A program made the position numbers and the translations under genes. DNA of 61,438 nt, the filler included, from Platydemus manokwari (Eukaryota), in assembly GCA_037951405.1 (NCBI GenBank). It is 5 parts of 5 records of this genome, joined end to end, with 100 filler letters (N's around TTAATTAATTAA, not from the genome) between each part and the next. Parts side by side here need not be neighbours in the genome. Positions count along the whole stretch, not along the records: positions 48,661 to 61,438 come from JBBMOY011968045.1; 4 more parts are not named here. The stretch is one strand, 5' to 3'. The notes below the pieces were generated by a model, which searched no databases, was not told where the DNA came from, and was given only the letters and a program-made list of their open reading frames with translations. Shown in pieces: positions 57,103-61,438 of the stretch; the first letter of the stretch is position 1, and every line of letters starts with the position of its first letter.

Positions 57103-60100
57103 ATGAGGCCTACACTTAATTTAAGATATGGCTCCGGTAAAGGATTAATTTCAACATCATATATTCATCACGAAACTATTGATATTTCCTCAAAGTACCC
57201 GGTTTTTAATAAAAGTAAAATAAAATATAGAATTGGAAATAAATTTATTTATTTTAGTACTCAATACTAATGATGTAAAATTACTTGATATAGCTAATCT
57301 TCAAGTTGAAACTGAAAAAATTATGTGTTTGCTTGGATATCGTATGATGAATTTGTCGGCACTCATCGAAGGAAAACCAATGAGGTTTTTAAATTGTTCT
57401 CCTGACAATGGTAAAGTTTCACTGAATTTAAATAATCAATCCACTTGTTTATCATCAAGCATACTCCCTACTGATTCAGTAGAACAGCATAATGGAAATA
57501 ATACAAATGTTCCTATTAATCATGTAGATAATGTATCCAGTGATTTAATTTTAAAGTCCAGTCCCGAAAAGCCATTAGCATTTATAATTTCCCAAAATCG
57601 TCCTTCAACTCGTCGAACATCGGGTGTAATTAAACGTAAATTAGCCAAAGACGATTTAACTTCAGCTAATACCCCAAACAAAAGGAAAAAGCCCAACGAT
57701 TTCATTTCCGATTCTCCGGTCGATAAAAAACTCACTCCCGTCACACAAAACTATGAAATACCAAATAAATTTTGGGAACTCATGGAACCGTATTGTGCCG
57801 AAATCAATGAAGATCATATTAAGACGCTGGATAATCTTATCAAATCGTATGAGAATGATGCAATTTATTATGAAGTTCCTGAAATACCTGTAAAGAATGA
57901 AGATGTTTCAGAAAATCATTCATCATGTCTCAATTTGCGACGAAATGTTGGTGAGGAGGATGTTAATCATTTGAATGGGTTTGTTGATGGGAAAAATGGG
58001 GTTGATTTGTCGAATTTATTGAAAAAGATCGATATCGAAATTAGGTAAGATTAGATTTTATGAACTAGTTTTACTTTAGAAATTTTTGATAATCATTAAT
58101 GATAATATTTTATTTAATAAGTTATTTTTTAATAAGTTCTTATTAATTTTTTATTAAGATAATCTTTATTTGTATAAATTTAATGTAATAAATATTATTT
58201 AGCTCGATTATTAAGTGAGTTTTATAATATTTTTGATAATTTTTTGGTTTTTTTGTTTTTAATTTTTTTAAAATTTTTTCTTTTTTTCTTTGGAAAATGT
58301 TTTCGTTTGATTTAGAAAACCTCTGTCCCAAGCGAAAGTATTGGATGAATTTCCCAAGAAATTTGTGGAAAATTTATCGAAAGAAACCGATAATTTCATC
58401 AGATTCCATCAAATGAAAATCAAAGAATCCAGTAAGTGAGAAACCAATGGACTTTATGGTTTCGATTTGACGATTTTTCAGAGACTAATGGATTCGTCAA
58501 AGGTGTCCAATCATCGAAATCGATCGCTAAACAATTGAAAGTGAGCAACAGTTTCAAATTGGAACGCCACATCAAGAAAACCGCCGACGATCTGGGCATA
58601 TGCAATTTTAATCTGCCTTTTATTCCCAAATTGAAGCCCGATCATGATTTGGTAAGACATTAGCTGAATGTGATCAAATCGGATCAAATAATTGATCTAT
58701 GTTTGTATTTGTCCAGCAAAATGAACCCGATCAAATGGGCATCGCCAAAAGCAGCGAGGCCGACATTATCGATCCATTGATTCTCAATTCCAATGATTTT
58801 GTCGAGCTCAATTTACCTCAACCGGCCAGTCCCAGAAAGCGCAAATTCGAATTGAAAATCAAAGAAGACAAAGCATTGTTGGGTTTGAGTCGACGACAAG
58901 CGGAATTGAAGCTGGTCAGTGAATCGAATCTTGGAATGCTTAGACGATTGATGGTGGCAGCAAAGAGAGACACAAAACGGCAGGAAATAGAGCGGCGATT
59001 GGCGGTGGCAGATGCTGATGTAAATATTTATCGATTGTTTTTGCTGTGTTGTTATGACGTTGTGTGGGGATCTTTGTCGGGAGGGTGGGAGCGGGGGGGG
59101 TTCTAGGTGATGGTTTTGTGCCTCTGGGGGGATATGTTGTGATTGTCTGTCCATCACAAGCTAATCAAACGGTTTTCCATGCTATGCGCTTAACAATCGA
59201 TTGTTCACTTTATATTATTAATAATTATTATGTTTTTGACATTATATATAATAATATTTTGCTTATATATATAATTCGGGAATGTTTAATTATTTATTAT
59301 TAAAGCACACTATTGAGAACATTATAATTATTATCATTATTATTCCATAGGCAGTCCAGAATGTCGAAATAATGTTTATTTGTCATCCCAGCATAATTAT
59401 TACAAAATTAAGCTTGATCATATTATTTATCTGTTGATCGCATTATTTATTTGGATAAATTACGCCTCTAAAATAAGCAATCAATAAACGATGATCAACT
59501 GAATAATGACTGATTTACAGTTGCCATGGTTTTTGTCACCATGTAAATGTGCGAGATACTTTAATGGGTTAATATTGATATTATTTTATCAATTTTTCAC
59601 ACAGTTGATTATTGTTATTTAATATTTTATTTGGCAAATGTGAATATTTCCATTATTATTATTATCATAAGACAGTCAACCCTCAATTGTGTGATTTCTT
59701 GTTCTCGTGGTTTTCTAACCAAAAATTTTTATGATATATTTGCTATTGATTGATTATTTCACGACAATAATAGTTATGTTTTTATTCAATTCAAAATCAA
59801 ATCACAATAAATTATCATGTCGTGGATATAAATTATAATTGTGCTTGTTGAAGAGTGAAACACCGACACTTCACTCAGCCCCGTCCCCCGTAATATAACT
59901 CTTACAATCATGATGATTATTTTATTATTATTATCAAAATAATAATCGTTATATTTTGTTATGTGTAGCCCACTATTAAATTAAACAGAATTACATACGA
60001 TTTATACATAAATAGAGAATTGAACATATTGGTCCATATATTTCACAAAAACCTTCATCATATAATGGTTTGTTTTGAGCTTACTAGCTTTGAATAATAA

Positions 60101-60628
60101 TATCCACTTGTCATTTCATTCGTCTATTTTGAAACAAGCACTGTGTGTATCAAATGTATGTTTTTCATCTATTTGTATGGGTTTTGTGACAGAAAATATG
60201 GTATTGTTTATTATTAATGAATATATTTCTTTATTTTTTAAAATAACTTTTTATGTTGTTTTGATAATGAAGACACTTTATATGGATTATATTGATTTTT
60301 CATTCCAATATCCTTGTTGAATGTGATGTCATTTACCCTTTATAGCATCAAATTATATATCACTATACCCAAATACTCATCACGCTTCAAAAACCTGCTA
60401 ATATTTGTATTATCTGTGTCCTGTTTCATCTATTCTTTATTCTTTTGGTATGTTTGTTTATGATATATCCCTCACATTTAGGTAATCGAGTGCTACAATA
60501 TCATTGAAAGTTACAGACCTACTCATAAAGTACCTTTAAAAAAAGATCGAGATGCAGCATATAAAGCTTTAAAAGAACGTAAAAAGATTTTGAAAGAATT
60601 GGAAACTTTAGACACCGATTTTTTGTAA
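57103..60628 (+). CDS. TADA3: Transcriptional adaptor 3 (SAGA/ATAC HAT module), six exons: 57103-57214, 57258-58044, 58316-58431, 58482-58651, 58717-59019, 60482-60628
   Basis: Phase-consistent GT-AG exons. Motifs LDIANLQVETEKIM, PNKFWELMEPYCAEINEDH, LSRRQAELKLVSESN...RQEIERRLAVADADV and KKDRDAAYKALKERKKILKEL* match ADA3 (LDTLQLELETLL, PNRFWASVEPYCADIT, LRKRQAELKALSAHN...RQELRQRVRMADNEV, KKEKDQAWKTLKERESILKLL). Confidence 0.93.
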
Positions 60629-61438
60629 TCAATGCATTTTCCTTGTAAATAATATGTTTAATAATTATTGTGAAATTAATGTTTTATTTTCTGGTTTTTT
60701 TCTTCTGTATCATATGTGAGACTGGTTTTATCCGATTCGATGTTTGGTACCGGGTTCGGTTCCAAAATAAATATTTGTTTTTAGAGAAAATTTATTTCTG
60801 TGTTGGAAATTTTCTTTTGTTGTTTTTTTGTGGTGTAAAAATATCGAGAAATGGCTAGAAAATGTCGAGAGCAAGTGGAAATAATTTGGCTTTTGCGTGG
60901 TAAATGTTGATTGGGTTTTTTTAGTGAAATCATATTTTTTGATATCAATTTGTTTTGATTTTGTTCCATATAAGGATTCGAATCCAAAGTTTTGTCTTCA
61001 AATGAGAAATATAATTCTAGCAGAGATGAATTTGTTGGATATTAATTTGAATGGACAAGATGAATTTTTCGAAAAAATACAATGTATATACAACCAATAG
61101 AAAATCTGTCAGAGAACATAAAGAAATTGGCTTAAAATTTTCCCCCTAACACAGGTAAGAAAAATTGAAACATCTGGGATGTAGTAATTTTCATCGCCTG
61201 TTGTTTGCTAATGATTTGATTTTAGCATTTGTTCTAGATTCATATCCGTTTTTTATTATAAATAACGTCGAAGATTTAAGTAGAGTTTGGGAGTTTTATC
61301 TATGACTAGTGCATTTGTATATTTTTAGTAAAATTAAATGAAAATCTGATTAATATAAGCTTAACACAAGTCAAATAATCAAAAGAAAGACTTTGTAATT
61401 AATATTTGTTCAAGACATTAGAGATAAGATTAATGATA

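Noticed and set aside
57520-59303. Antisense or overlapping ORFs 57520..57744, 58420..58629, 58813..59157, 59064..59303 (and 39483..39809)
   Set aside because: Shadow frames of real TADA3 or Lachesin-like exons.

Overview
This is very AT-rich eukaryotic DNA with short GT-AG introns (43-65 nt are common). It is probably from a flatworm such as a triclad planarian, which is an inference from composition, intron size and repeat families. Four identical 100-nt linkers (44 N + TTAATTAATTAA + 44 N) split the window into five contigs, so adjacency across them is not trustworthy. Recognisable host genes: a complete six-exon TADA3/ADA3 (+); the 5' six exons of a nemo-like kinase (-), head-to-head with TADA3; the last three exons of a GPI-anchored Lachesin/IgLON-type Ig protein (+); one exon of a TMEM55/PIP4P homologue (-); and a compact two-exon gene for an unrecognised secreted 8-Cys peptide (-). 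The rest is largely decayed mobile DNA. It includes a Merlin transposase, two Ty3/Gypsy copies with ~97-bp LTRs and a tRNA-Arg-type PBS, an RLE-type non-LTR retrotransposon, a Polinton/Maverick pPolB region with accessory ORFs and an inverted duplicate of its N-terminal Zn finger, a hAT MITE and a possible Helitron helicase remnant. There are also intron-containing fragments of RRM1 (two copies) and MRPS31. All homology calls come from motif recognition by eye; no searches were run.
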